Origin: Macrostomum lignano
Taxonomy: Eukaryota
Assembly: GCA_002269645.1 (NCBI GenBank)
Contig: NIVC01001187.1
Span: forward strand, 1-64,000
Direction of reading: 5' to 3'
Length of the DNA stretch: 64,000 nucleotides
Part shown: in pieces, positions 11,301 to 24,667 of the stretch
Layout of the letters: every line of letters starts with the position of its first letter
Numbering within the stretch: position 1 is the first letter of the stretch
Notes under the pieces: model-generated
What the model saw: the letters and a program-made list of their open reading frames with translations, nothing else
Databases searched by the model: none
Told to the model about the DNA's origin: nothing
Made by a program: the position numbers and the translations under genes

Positions 11301-14300
11301 CGCATCAACTGGCTGGCCAGCTCCAGCAGGAAGATCTTCGGCACCATCGTGGAGAGGAACATGCTCTTCCTGCTGGACATGTCGGCGGCCAACGTGAACT
11401 ACCTGGTGCACATCCAGCACTCCATGCGGATGCTGATGGAGCAGCAGATGTCGAACAAAGACTACTTCAACTTGGTTGCGTTCGGTAGTGAGGTTCGCTT
11501 CTTCAGCAAAACCATGGTCAAGGTCAGCGAGGCCTCGCTGCAGGCCGGCTGGAAGTGGATTCTGGGACTCGAGTGCGCCGGCTCACGCAACCTGCTGGGC
11601 GCCCTGCGGAAGGTGCTGGAGAACGAGGAGGAGGAGAAGCACCGCGTGTACCCGGAGGGCCTGTACCTGTTCACCTCGGGCATTCCGGACCAGGGCGCCG
11701 AGCAGGTGAGTTTCGGATTAGGATATTCGAGCCTGATTGCCGCTGAGGATCTGGGGCTGCAGTGACTGATAGCTGGCTGGGGTGTCAGGCACCGGGCTGA
11801 GGTGTTTTGGAGCTGGCTGGGGTGTCAGTCAGGCACCGGGTTGGTGTGTTTTGGAGCTGGCTGGGTGTCAGTCAGGCACCGGGCTGGGGTGTTTTGGAGC
11901 TGGCTGGGGTGCCAGGCACTGGGCTGACTGGTGTGTTTTGGAAGTGCGCTTGGCAGTCCGCTACTTCTCCTCCACTCCACGCAACAAACTATTCCAGGTG
12001 AGCGCCTACCTCGAGGAGAAGGCCGTCGGCCGGGACCTGCGGCTGCACTGCGTGCTGTTCAACGTGGATGACTACGACAAGGACGGCGCCATCCCCGGCA
12101 GGTACGCCAGCATCACCAAGACCGCCGACTCGCTGCGCTTCCTGGCGCACTGCACCGGCGGCCGGTTCCACTGGTTCCGCGAGACCGGCATCATCGAGTC
12201 CGACGACATCCGGCTGATCATGTCGGAGATCGACAAGGCCGTGAATTTCTCGCGCCGGGCGAAGACGCTCATCGATGCCGTCCGCTCCAAGTACGAGGAG
12301 ATGTTCCCCGACAAATACCCCAAGGCCCTTGGCGGGGGCAGCGGCCCGGAGTCCGGTGGCGACGACGATCCCGATGGCGGCAGCGGAGGCGACGGCGGCG
12401 GAGGCGGGGGAGGCGGCGCCAAGCCGAAGGCGCTGCCTCCACCGAAGCCGACGGCGAAAAGCCTGGCCCGACAGTCGTTCGTGCGCGACGCGCTGGACTC
12501 TGAGCCGCCGGTGCCGAAGGCGCTCGGCCTGCGGCCGGGTGCCGCCAGTTCCGTCAAGGCGGAGCCGCTCGAGAGCGTCCGCCTGAACCGGCGCTGCGTG
12601 AAGTCGGCCTTCTACACGGGCGAGCGGAACCGCAAGGGCCAGGTGATCTCCGACTACCAGGGCGGCAAGTCCGTCCGCAAGGCGGTGGGCCGGGCGGAGA
12701 TCCCGGACAAGGAGGACCAGGTGACGTCCAAGGCCTGGTTCAAGCGGTACAGCCTGGCCAAGCTGGGCCTGGACCTGTACCGCCTGGTCTCCGGGCCGGA
12801 CTGCCGGCACGAGGAGAAGCTGGTGAAGCCGCTGGGCAAGACGGTGTCGGCCAAGTACTGCAGCGGCCTGTTCCCCACGGTGAACGTGAGAGGCGTCACC
12901 AAGCACCTGCAGTACACGCCCGTGGAGCTGCAGTCCTACGATGCGGAATGCGTCCGTGCGCTGAAGCGCTACCTGCAGCGGTTGCACTGGCTGCTGTCAG
13001 GCAGCCGGCGGCTCTTCGGCGTCGTGGTGGAGACCCGGGCGGTCTTCCTTGTCGACGTCTCTGGCTCGATGGCGCCGTACATGGAGGAGCTGAAGCTGGC
13101 GCTCAAGGCGCTGGTCTGGGAGCAGCTGTACAAGTTTCGGGTGGCCTTCAATCTCATCGCCTTCAGCAGCGGCCTGCGCGCCTGGAGCCCCGGCCTGGAG
13201 CCCGCCGAGGAGGACAGCTGCCACGCCGCTGTGGCCTGGATTGACCGGCTGGAGTCCATGGGCAACACGGCCACGCTTGAGGCGCTAGAGGCCGCCTTCG
13301 CCACCAAGTGAGCGGCCATTAGCCAGTGCCCCACCTGACTCAGCCAGTGTCCCACCTGACTCAGCCAGTGCCCCACCTGACTCAGCCAGTGTCCCACCTG
13401 ACTCAGCCAGTGTCCCACCTGACTAAGCCAGTGCCCCACCTGACTCAGCCAGTGCCCCACCTGACTCAGCCAGTGCCCCACCTGACTCAGCCAGTGCCCC
13501 ACCTGACTCAGCCAGTGCCCCACCTGACTCAGCCAGTTCCTCACCTGTATCATCAGCCAGTTCCACCTGTATCATCAGCCAGTTCCTCACCTGTATCATC
13601 AGCCAGTTCCTCACCTGTATCATCAGCCAGTTCCTCACCTGTATCATCAGCCAGTTCCTCACCTGTATCAGCCAGTTCCTCACCTGTATCATCAGCCAGT
13701 TCCTCACCTGTATTATCAGCCAGTTCCTCACCTGTATCATCAGCCAGTTCTTCAGCTGTATCATCAGCCAGTTCCTCACCTGTATCAGCCAGTTTCTCAA
13801 CTGTATCATCAGCCAATTCCTCACCTGTATCAGCCAGTTCCTCACCTGTATCAGCCAGTTCCTCACCTGTATCATCAGCCAATTCCTCACCTGTATCAGC
13901 CAGTTTCTCAACTGTATCATCAGCCAGTTCCTCAACTGTATCATCAGCCAATTCCTCACCTGTATCAGCCAATTCCTCACCTGTATCAGCCAGTTCCTCA
14001 ACTGTATCATCAGCCAATTCCTCACCTGTATCAGCCAGTTCCTCACCTGTATCAGCCAGTTCCTCACCTGTATCAGCCAGTTCCTCACCTGTATCATCAG
14101 CCAGTTCCTCACCTGTATCAGCCAGTTCCTCACCTGTATCAGCCAGTTTCTCACTGTATCATCAGCCAGTTCCTCACCTGTATCAGCCAGTTCCTCACCT
14201 GTATCATCAGCCAGTTCCTCACCTGTATCAGCCAGTTCCTCACCTGTATCAGCCAGTTTCTCAACTGTATCATCAGCCAGTTCCTCACCTGTATCAGCCA

Positions 14301-14848
14301 GTTCCTCACCTGTATCATCAGCCAGTTCCTCACCTGTATCAGCCAATTCCTCACCGCTCATATCAAATATGCCATAAAAATGCAACCACAACCGAATCTG
14401 CTCCAGGGAGCCGGTGGACGCGATCTACCTGCTGACGGACGGCAAACCGGACACCTCCACCAGCACCATCCTGCGCAGCATCAACCGCCTGGACGCAGGC
14501 AGAAACATCGCCATACACACCATCAGCTTCAACTGCTGCGACGCCACCGCCAACAACTTCCTGCAGTGCCTGGCCTCGGAGACCGGCGGCCGCTACCACA
14601 AGGTTGTGGAGGAATTCGACGCCAAGCTGTTCGCCCACCGGCTGCTGGAGGAGTCGCAGCTGGACGACCCAGAGTACCCCAACCTGCCCGCATTCGAGGG
14701 CGACGACCTGAGCCGGCTGGCCAAGGAGATCGACTCGGCCAGGCGCTTCCTAGCGAAGTCCAAGTACTTCAAGGACCTCTACTACGAGACCAAGCGGCTG
14801 CGCACGGAGAACCTGGGCGCCCGGGAGAACCGGATGGTGCCCGCCTGA
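8313..14848 (+). CDS. VWA3A: von Willebrand factor A domain-containing protein 3A-like, ~1304 aa; exons 8313-8343, 8996-9288, 9368-10045, 10545-11705, 11998-13307, 14407-14848
   Basis: Repeated VWA3-type modules (SRKLFGLVQGERVAVCVDCS, SRKIFGTIVERNMLFLLDMS, SRRLFGVVVETRAVFLVDVSGSM; DAIYLLTDGKPD; IHTISFNC). All junctions are GT-AG and phase-compatible, total 3915 nt. 3A versus 3B is by resemblance only. Confidence 0.8.
10190..10340. repeat. Intronic 22-bp minisatellite (cttagtgcctgtctggatgtgt)n
   Basis: About 6 tandem copies in VWA3A intron 3. Confidence 0.9.
11770..11945. repeat. Degenerate ~40-bp tandem repeat in VWA3A intron 4
   Basis: Repeated ggggtgtcag(tcag)gcaccgggctggggtgttttggagctggct. 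Confidence 0.75.
13320..14350. repeat. Compound 21/24-bp minisatellite filling VWA3A intron 5
   Basis: (cagccagtgccccacctgact)n switches at ~13535 to (cagccagttcctcacctgtat[cat])n. Confidence 0.95.
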
Positions 14849-15469
14849 GCTGATTAAAGTACACCCTGCTCTATTGGCGACATGGCAGTCGAATTATATA
14901 GCTTACGGTCTGCTCCACAATCACCACAAAGACTAATTTGTACATATAGCCGGTACAGTTAACATACACAGCCGTTATGAACAATCTATTTGAATTAGTC
15001 TTCATATATTTATTCCAATCTTGGCTATCCTGTATTCGACACGCTTAACCACATTGCTTAGAGTCAATTTGGCCGCACAAATACATGATGATGATGCAAC
15101 TGAGCTCTGTTATGAGAGGCCGCACCTCTGAGTAAATTACGAGTATGAAATGGAAAACCTCACAAGTGGAAAGAAATTTGATTTCTGCAGCAATCAGACG
15201 TTCACAATGTCGATCAGCACTTGCTCAGCATCAATTGAATTTTATTCTCAATAACTGCGTTGGCATCGCGAATCACGGAGCAGTTTGGTGATCACAGAAA
15301 GTAGACACACGAGTATAGTGATAATTCTAATTAGAAAATCTTATTAACATACATTTTTGTAAGCGATGACTACAGGTATACTCAGGGGGAATTATTGTAC
15401 ATCACTGCACCGAATATGACTGAATAATCATGTACGAGTCAGGCTTCACAGCCTGCGATCAAATGTGCC

Positions 15470-15925
15470 AAATTAGTGAATGAGTGAATCAGACAGCGTG
15501 AATGCGTGAAACAGACAGCGTGAATGAGTGAATCAAACAGCTTGAAAGAGTGAATCAGACTTCGTGAATGAGTGAATCAGACATCGTGAATGAGTGAATC
15601 AGACATCGTAAATGAGTGAATCAGACATCGGGAATGAGTGAATCAGACAGCGTGAATGAGTGATTCAGACATCGTGAATGAGTGATTCAGACATCGTGAA
15701 TGAGTGAATCAGACAGCGTGAATGAGTGAATCAGACATCGTGAATGAGTGATTCAGACAGCGTGAATGAGTGAATCAGACATCGTGAATGAGTGATTCAG
15801 ACATCGTGAATGAGTGAATCAGACATCGTGAATGAGTGATTCAGACAGCGTGAATGAGTGAATCAGACAGCGTGAATGAGTGAATCAGACATCGTGAATG
15901 AGTGAATCAGACAGCGTGAATGAGT
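15470..15925. repeat. 22-bp minisatellite (gtgaatgagtgaatcagacatc)n immediately 3-prime of the CCDC93 stop
   Basis: About 20 tandem copies, starting ~8 nt after the minus-strand TAG. Confidence 0.95.
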
Positions 15926-15932
15926 TAAGACG

Positions 15933-18900
15933 CTACGCCGCGCTGAGGGCACTGAGCCGCTCATTCTTGGCGGCCTCGGCCCTGAAGTCCTTCACCAGCT
16001 TGTTATACCGCCGCTCGCTCTCCACCAGCCGCAGGTACTCAGAGTTCAGGCCGTCCCGCTTGGCCTTCTCCGTGGTCAGCCGCCGCTCTGCTTGGCTCTG
16101 GTTCTGCCTGGCGCTCTCCACGATCTTCTCCAGCTGGCCGGCCAGCTCCTGCCTGCCTGCCGGTGACCGCTCCGTCTGCCTGTAGTTGTCCTCCACCGAT
16201 GTCAGCAGTTGGATCTCGCGCTCCAGCAGTTCGCGAAGCGAGCAGGCAGAGTTGTACAGGCAGTAGAACTGCTTGGTCTGACGGTGCAGTGTGGCCGCCT
16301 GCTCAGCCAGCTCAAGCAGCCGCCGCATGTACTGGCTGGCCTCCTCCTGGGGGATTGGTCATGATGAGATTAGTCATGATGAGATTGGTAATGATGAGAT
16401 TGGTCATGATGAGATTGGTCATGATGAGATTGGTAATGATGAGATTGTTCATGATGAGATTGGTCATGATGAGATTGGTAATGATGAGATTGGTCATGAT
16501 GAGATTGGTCATGATAAGATTGGTCATGATGAGATTTGTCATGGGGGATTTGGTCATGATGAGATTGGTCATGATGAGATTGGTAATGATGAGATTGGTC
16601 ATGATTAGATTAGTCATAAGATTGGTCATGATGAGATTAGTCATGATGAGATTGGTCATGGGGAATTTGGTCATGGGGAATTTGGTCATGATGAGATTGG
16701 TCATAGAAGATTTGGTCATGATGAGATTGGTCATGATGAGATTAGTTATGGGGAGATTGTTTATAGGGATTGTTCACGAGATTGGTCATATGGATCGTTC
16801 ATGGGGAGATTGATCATGGAGATCGGGTCATGTTGGTCATGGGGAATTGGTCATTGGAGACTGATAATACACCTCACCTGGCTGGGGAACTCATCAATTC
16901 TGCGGCGCAGCGAGGCGCAGGCGCGGCTCGCCTCGGCCAGCTGGGCGCGGGCCGCCGCCAGCCGCTCGGCCGCCGCAGCCGCCTGCTCGGTTGCCTTGGC
17001 AACGCGCTCGCTGTTCGCCGCCTCGGCTTCAACGTCGCCGGCAGCGGCCGCCCGGTCCCGCAGCCTGGCCAGCTCAGCCTCCAGCTCGGCCGCCTCGGCC
17101 CGAAGCGTCGCCTTCTGCTCGGCCTCGCGCTGCCGCAGCTCCTCGGCTGCCGCCACCAGGCGGTCAAGGCGGGCCGCGGCACGCGGGTCCTGCGCCACCG
17201 CGCCGAGCGCCGATAGTTGCGCCGCGAAATCGGCGCGCTGCTGCTCGGCCGCGGCAACTCGAGCGACTTCGACATCTCGGCGTTCGCGAGCTGCCCGCTC
17301 TCGCTCTGCCGCCTGCTCCGCCTGCTGCCTGCGGGGAGGACAGCGTCAGTGCTGTGTGAGCAGTGATGGAGTCTCACAGGCTGTGTGAGCAGTGATGGAG
17401 TCTCAGGCTGTGTGAGCAGTGATGGAGTCTCACAGGCTGTGTGAGCAGTGATGGAGTCTCACAGGCTGTGTGAGCAGTGATGGAGTCTCACAGGCTGTGT
17501 GAGCAGTGATGGAGTCTCACAGGCTGTGTGAGCAGTGATGGAGTCTCAGGCTGTGTGAGCAGTGATGGAGTCTCAGGCTGTGTGAGCAGTGATGGAGTCT
17601 CAGGCTGTGTAAGCAGTGATGGAGTCTCATGCTGTGTGAGCAGTGATGGAGTCTTACAGGCTGTGTGAGCACTGATGGAGTCTCATAGACGGCTCACCTC
17701 GCGGTTTCCAGCCGCTCCTCCATGCCATCGCGCACCCGCTGCTGCTGCTCGGGGCTCAGCTGCCGAAGGCTCTCCATCTGCTGTGCCAGCTCCGTCTGCT
17801 TGACCCCGAAGTCCAGCAGGGCTCGTTGAATGTCGGCCGACTGCAGGCCGACGATGGTGCCGACGAGGCTGGCCGCCAGCCGCTTTTGCTGCCCGGCTTC
17901 GCCCATCTCGGCGAGCTCCGAGGCGGCACCGCTACCGGCTCCACCAGCACCTGTGGCGCCAGCAGCACCAGTTCCTGCACCGGTGACCCCTGTGCCGAGT
18001 CCGCCATTGTACTCTAGCAAAGTAGTTCGCACCTGGCCGACAAGTTTGAGGATCTCTTGATAGCGGAATCCCATGCCATTTCTGACACCTGGGCTCAGAG
18101 TGCCATTTCTGTAATCTGTCACCTGGCTTCAGAGTGCCATTTCTGACACCTGACTTCAGAGTGCCATTTCTGACACCTGGGCTCAGAGTGCCATTTCTGA
18201 CACCTGGGCTCAGAGTGCCATTTCTGACACCTGGGCTCAGAGTGCCATTTCTGACACCTGGGCTCAGAGTGCCATTTCTGACACCTGGGCTCAGAGTGCC
18301 ATTTCTGACACCTGGGCTCAGAGTGCCATTTCTGACACCTGGGCTCAGAGTGGCATTTCTGACACCTGGGCTCAGAGTGCCATTTCTGACACCTGGGCTC
18401 AGAGTGCCATTTCTGACACCTGGGCTCAGAGTGGCATTTCTGACACCTGGGCTCAGAGTGCCATTTCTGACACCTGGGCTCAGAGTGGCATTTCTGACAC
18501 CTGGGCTCAGAGTGGCATTTCTGACACCTGGGCTCAGAGTGCCATTTCTGACACCTGGGCTCAGAGTGCCATTTCTGACACCTGGGCTCAGAGTGGCATT
18601 TCTGACACCTGGGCTCAGAGTGCCATTTCTGACACCTGGGCTCAGAGTGCCATTTCTGACACCTGGGCTCAGAGTGCCATTTCTGACACCTGGGCTCAGA
18701 GTGCCATTTCTGACACCTGGGCTCAGAGTGGCATTTCTGACACCTGGGCTCAGAGTGCCATTTCTGACACCTGGGCTCAGAGTGCCATTTCTGACACCTG
18801 GGCTCAGAGTGGCATTTCTGACACCTGGGCTCAGAGTGCCATTTCTGACACCTGGGCTCAGAGTGCCATTTCTGACACCTGGGCTCAGAGTGGCATTTCT

Positions 18901-20027
18901 GACACCTGGGCTCAGAGTGCCATTTCTGACACCTGGGCTCAGAGTGCCATTTCTGACACCTGGGCTCAGAGTGGCATTTCTGACACCTGGGCTCAGAGTG
19001 GCATTTCTGACACCTGGGCTCAGAGTGCCATTTCTGACACCTGGGCTCAGAGTGCCATTTCTGACACCTGGGCTCAGAGTGCCATTTCTGACACCTGGGC
19101 TCAGAGTGGCATTTCTGACACCTGGGCTCAGAGTGCCATTTCTGACACCTGGGCTCAGAGTGCCATTTCTGACACCTGGGCTCAGAGTGGCATTTCTGAC
19201 ACCTGGGCTCAGAGTGCCATTTCTGACACCTGGGCTCAGAGTGGCATTTCTGACACCTGGGCTCAGAGTGCCATTTCTGACACCTGGGCTCAGAGTGGCA
19301 TTTCTGACACCTGGGCTCAGAGTGGCATTTCTGACACCTGGGCTCAGAGTGCCATTTCTGACACCTGGGCTCAGAGTGGCATTTCTGACACCTGGGCTCA
19401 GAGTGCCGCATCCCCAGCCCAGAAGATGCTCACCTGCGTCTCCTCCGGCACCTGCGCGCCCCGATACGCGGCCGGCTTGCGCAGCCGCCGCTGAGTTGGA
19501 AACGCCGCCTTCAGCTGCGCCCGCCGATCCGCGAGCGCCGCCGCGGCCGCAGCCAGCTCGGGCTGACTGGCGGGCTGGTGAGCAGCGCTGGGCTGCAGCA
19601 GGCGGTACTGCTCAACAGCGAACTGGCGCCAGTCGGCAGTCATCTGGTCCCGCCTGCCGATCACCTGGGTGACCAGCCACTGCACCACGGGGAACACGTG
19701 GACGAAGTCGCGGCCCTGGATCTGGTGCGGCTCGATGGCGTGCGGACAGCGCATCCTGCGGAGGGCTCGCACGATTTTCTCTGTGAGGGCGATCTTCTGC
19801 CCGATGCTGGAGCCCTCGTGGAACAGCAGGTCGGCGTCAATGTCAACGCTGCAGCCCTGCACGCACCAGCAGAGGCCGCCTACCAGCTTGTCGAAGGCGG
19901 AGAGGCCACGGATTCTGGCACGGAAGTAGCCAGCAGAGACCAGCAGCTGAAGGCACTCGGCCTCCTTGGCCTCCTGGTCCTCATCCTTGCGGATGTCATA
20001 CTCGCCCTCTCTGTAGCGATGGGCCAT
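15933..20027 (-). CDS. CCDC93: Coiled-coil domain-containing protein 93 (Commander/CCC complex), ~597 aa; exons 20027-19434, 18032-17698, 17328-16878, 16346-15933
   Basis: N-terminal LQLLVSAGYFRARIRGLSAFDKLVGGLCWC and IEPHQIQGRDFVHVFPVVQWLV; C-terminal TKQFYCLYN...EREIQLLTS...YNKLVKDF match the recalled CCDC93 family sequence. Phases 0/2/0 are consistent, total 1794 nt. Confidence 0.93.
16352..16860. repeat. Intronic 15-bp minisatellite (gagattggtcatgat)n
   Basis: Fills CCDC93 intron 3 and degenerates toward the donor end. Confidence 0.95.
17350..17690. repeat. Intronic 27/29-bp minisatellite (gctgtgtgagcagtgatggagtctc[ac]ag)n
   Basis: Fills CCDC93 intron 2 almost edge to edge. Confidence 0.95.
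18070..19407. repeat. Intronic 27-bp minisatellite (ctgacacctgggctcagagtg[c/g]cattt)n, ~48 copies
   Basis: Fills CCDC93 intron 1. The body of the array has essentially a single dimorphic position (C/G). Confidence 0.97.
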
Positions 20028-21103
20028 GCCTGGCTGCAAAGTTTAAACCAAAAAGTTGAATTAAACAAAATGAAACAATAAAGCATAATAATTTAAAATG
20101 AAATTGAAGTCATTCTATATATTTTTATGATCATGCCCCCCTAGCTATAACACTAAATATAAACTGTAATTATAATATGGTAATTTATTTTCATTTTTTG
20201 ATAGTCAGATTCATAGTCTAGTTCTTATATATATAGATATAGCTTCTCTATTTATACTAGCCATGCAACTTAGTTTTCACTTTAACATATTTTTTTACAT
20301 TTTAAAGCACAATGTAAATAAAAAATATCAACAGAAAAAGAGACTATTTATTGTATATAAACAAAATATCCATTTTAGAAAATAGATGGCTATCAATATA
20401 AATAAATAAATCATATAGTTTCCTCATAGCTATGAAAATGACAATGGGAAATTACATGACTGTATAGATTTGATAGAATATACTACTATAAATTTGGTTA
20501 AACAAATATAAAATTTTATATATAGTTCCTAAGCCAGGGTGGAATAGTAAAGCCTAGAAAAAAATGAATTTTGCCAGTTTTAAAGCTTTTGTAAAAGGAT
20601 AAATTCAATGCCATATGTATATCATTTAGTTATAGTCTATATTTGGTATTTGGGTAAGAAGTACATACCCTAGAAATTTATAGGAATAGTCAAGAAATTT
20701 GGAATATATGTTGCTGTACAAAAAGTGATTTAGGGTTTTTAACATAAAATTTTAATATTTTGGTACATGATACATACTAAAAATAAAAAATTACATTAAT
20801 CAATAATAAATATAATATTTTTCCATGACAATATAACCCTAAAATTTGATGTTTCATTAGGCCTAATGCCAAACTGACCTCTACAATTTTAAAAGGTAGG
20901 GGTTTATTTTTGAAATTGCCTAACTTTTGAAATTTCACTTGGCTATATGATTTACTTTTTGACCAAAAATGCTATTTAACTTATGAAAAACCCCAAATAA
21001 AGCAAAAATTAATATAATTTTGGGTAAATGGCAAAAGTAGGCCTCGTAACTATATATAATTATATGATTAAGAATAAATGTCTTGTCATCTAATTAGGTA
21101 CTA

Positions 21104-21908
21104 CGAGGGGTGTTTCAAAATTAACGAGAATTTTGTAATAACTTTTGATTGGATGAATATATGAACCTGGAATTTTCACCTAACAATTTTACACATGAAC
21201 AACTAATAGCTTTATATTTTAAGCCTTATATAGCTGCACGCAACTGTGTAATCATAAATGAAAGATCATGCCTCAAAATTTTAAATTACAATTTTTGTCT
21301 ATGGCAAAAGACAAAAGTAACCAAGTTTGAATGTGTTCATCAAGTCAAAAATCCAGCACCATTTTTCATTTCTTCAGCAATTTCAGCAAGCTCTACAAAG
21401 CTGCCATTTATCTAGATACCCTTCTCGCAGCAATGCACCAGTTTTGTTAATTTCCTCCTCTAAAAAAACTTACAGATTTTTGGACCATCTATAGTCTCAG
21501 TTAGAAAAATTTGAGCCACTTTCACAGAATATTCTGTGGCCACATAAGTCAGAAATTGCAGCTTTAATCAGGAATGCTATGCAGCTCAAAACTGCAAGAT
21601 TATTCCCAAGCAACTTTGCCCATATAGAAAGCAGAAAGAGTGGGCCCTTGTGAGAAGTAGCCAAATTTAGCAGCAAAAGTTTAAAAGCCTTTAAATTTTA
21701 AACTTTTTGAGTCTTTTTGCCAGACAAAAATTGTAATCTTCAATATCGAGGCATGGACCTTCATATACAATTACATAATTGCATACAGCTATATAAGGCT
21801 TAAAATATAAAGCTATTAGTTGTTCATATTAGGTGAAAATTTCAAGTTCATATGTTTATCCAATCAAAAGTTATAACAAAATTCTTGTTACTTTTGAAAC
21901 ACCCCTTG
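21104..21908. mobile_element. Tc1/mariner-type MITE with ~200-bp imperfect TIRs and TA TSD
   Basis: TA|cgaggggtgtttcaaaattaacgagaatt... and ...aattcttgttacttttgaaacaccccttg|TA. The arms align over ~200 bp. No transposase ORF. Confidence 0.85.
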
Positions 21909-23149
21909 TACTATTTTCTAGGTTGGCATTTTTGCAGCTTAGTTGGACTTACCTTAGCTAGACTATTCACCATTAGCTTAATTGGCTGAAATTTGCTATA
22001 TTATAATATGGAAATTGATATAAACTCCTATAGTTAGCTAAGAATTATAAAATAGATTTATAAAACCAAGGAATAAAGCCAAACCATGCCATTTTTTATA
22101 TTTCTATTCATAGGAAATACAATTAGGCCCTATATAATATATTCAATATAAAATTAATAAGATTTTCTCCCTAGTTTTCTAACCAAAAAGCTTAAAAAAT
22201 ATTGACACAAGTTTTTAGGAATATCAATAGGGTACCACACACTCCAGATCATATGGTATACACACAAAAATTTGGGCATGCATTGACCTTGCATGCCAAA
22301 AGTAAGTGTGCAAAGTTGGCGTGTATCACTCCTAAAAAATAGTGTGCATGCATACCTAGCCTGCACTTCATAGAATCATGTGGAAGAGTTATTGTAAAGT
22401 ATAAAAAAGATGAAAATGGGTTCATTTTAAGCATAAATATCAAGCCTTCCAGGTTTTTAAGCCTGTAATAAAGCATTTAAACAAATCTGTATGTATTAAT
22501 TTTCCACTATAAATAGTACTATAGTAGGCCTAGTATCAAAAAATGAAAAATGACAAAAATGACAAAAAATGAACCAAATTATTTGCCAAAAAGGTTCATT
22601 ATGCAATTCAAAAAAGGTAATTTATGGTCACGTCATAATGTAAAAAAGTCATTTATTGTCACAACACTGGCATAGTTTTGAGAATAGGCATGTATTCAAT
22701 TTTTTGCATGCTATTTTTAATTAATAAATTTTTGTTTGGGTGTGCATCTAGCATGATTTGGACTATGGAAGATAGGCCTACCTAATAAAATGTAGAATCT
22801 GCAATAGGCCTAGAATTAGAATAGAATAGAATAGCATAAAAATGTAGAATCCATAGCGGAATGGTAAATTGTGGAATAAATTGTGGAATCTATTAACTTA
22901 GAGATAAAAATGCAAAATATTAGAATAAAAAATTGTAATTCTAAATACATAGGCCTATACTATAGTGTAGAAGGGCCTATGTTTATTCTAAGAAATTTAG
23001 TATCTTTTTTGCAAAATTAAATCTCTGCCAAAATAACAACTATCATATAATTTGTTTTAGTGTATGATTTTTTTTACCAAATAATTTTTGTTTTAATGAT
23101 GCAAATAATTTGTTTTAGTTTATTGATTGTTTTAATGCACAATACGTGA

Positions 23150-23840
23150 GCCAATAGGATGAGACGTTAACTACTATAAATACAAGGCAAAAATTATATT
23201 CTTTCTTTAACCTCGACCTTTCGGGTTCCTAACTCAGTTAACAGGAAATTAAGATTTCTTGGTTCTTCTGAATTAGTTATTTGAAGCAGTATTGCAAGTT
23301 AAATTACCGTGTTGGATAGAGTTGAGAGTGTCTTGTCAAAGCAGAGATTGCTAGTCAAGCGTGGTGCCCAGTAAAAGAGTGGAATACCCAATATAAAGGG
23401 TGAAATACCTAGTGTAAAGGTTGGATTACCCAGGAAGGGAGAATTTTCAGGCTGCTCCAGGTTAGCGTGATGCAGTTCTAAGTTGTGAGAGACAGTACTT
23501 AAAGAAGCTAGAAACCCCTCAGTCTGTGGTAAACGCCATGTCTGGACTGGACCATTTTAGGAATTTAGCAGTAGTTAGCAGTGTCTTGCTGCTTGGGCAC
23601 TGAAGCTACCAAGGGTAATTTGTAGGGACGATAGCCCATAATGTAAAAGTACATCTAAGTATAGAAATAGGATTCTTAGAAATAGCAAATTTAGCTAATT
23701 TAGTACAGTTTGACAATGATTAAACTTTAGAATTAAATAGAGAGAGCCAGTAGGCTTGCTACAACTTGGTGATTCAGTGGTGGAATTATAAGCTAGAAAG
23801 TAGAACCCCCCTGCGACAACTTGGTATCAGCTGTAGGATC
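23150..23840 (+). mobile_element. Possible LTR remnant with primer-binding-site-like junction
   Basis: CCAAT and TATAAA-like motifs at ~23150-23190; the region ends ...gcgACA-act-TGGTATCAGCTGTAGGAT (23822-23839), resembling a tRNA-complementary PBS. A similar gctACA-act-TGGTG motif occurs at ~23758. No 5-prime LTR boundary, TSD or gag/pol found. Confidence 0.35.
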
Positions 23841-24667
23841 CAATAGAAATAGAGAGAAGCACCTAGGCCTACAACAATAGCTATACCTATTTACTATATA
23901 GCAATGTGACCATGAAAAGGATGTATAAGGAAATTTTAGTATGATTTTATAGAGGCAAACTTAACTAAAAATAGTAGCATTTATTAGGCCTACTCAAAGT
24001 AGTAAGTATAGGTTCTTTCATGAATAATATGGCCAATAGGTGTTGAAAATATTTCCATAATTTTCTCTCTAGTAGGGGCCTACTAGCAGTTTGGTCAAAT
24101 TTTGAAGGCTTTATTGTTGTAAGATTATATATATAGTTCATAGTGCACTTCTGCTACCCTGCATATGCATTTTACTTAAATTTAGTAGAATCCATAGTTC
24201 ATTCCACTTAGTTCATTACGGTTATCATTCTACTGTGGATTCTGCACGAGGTTTGACCGCCGTTTCCTGGCTGTCTATTTGAATAGTCCTTGTTGGTGAT
24301 ACTATTCTTAAGTACAATTAAAGGAAACCAATGTGAATTCCACCTAAACAATTTACATTGCGGTTTTAGCATACTTCTTTACTGCGCATTCTAGCACCTA
24401 CCTTACATCGTCCACCGGTCGTAATAATGTTCCTAATCCCATATCCGAAACACTAATTTATAATTTCATATAAAAGTACTATTTAAAATTTAGCCTGACT
24501 CGCTTTTCCTGACTTTTTATCAAAAATATTCGTACATCAACATAAAATTTGCAAACTGCTCTCTTATAAGTACTTTCTCAAGTAAAAAAATTAAATAATA
24601 AATTAGCCAGTATTACTTTGCTATGTTGTATTGTACTTATTTTTCTAGAATTTTCCTTTTTCCGAAG

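Noticed and set aside
9356-13244. Long antisense ORFs opposite VWA3A exons
   Set aside because: A typical shadow of high-GC3 coding sequence, with no recognisable domains.
18033-18060. Longer CCDC93 exon 2 starting at the upstream AG (ILKLVGQ...)
   Set aside because: The acceptor at 18033-18035 gives EETQ-VRTTLLEY, which aligns without a gap to the recalled family motif EES-RIHATLLEY.
13326-19672. Long ORFs such as PVPHLTQ, HSEPRCQK, PFLTPGLRV, LVMMR and IQVRNWL repeats
   Set aside because: They lie within introns bounded by GT-AG sites that give frame-consistent VWA3A and CCDC93 proteins. They are open only because the units lack stops.
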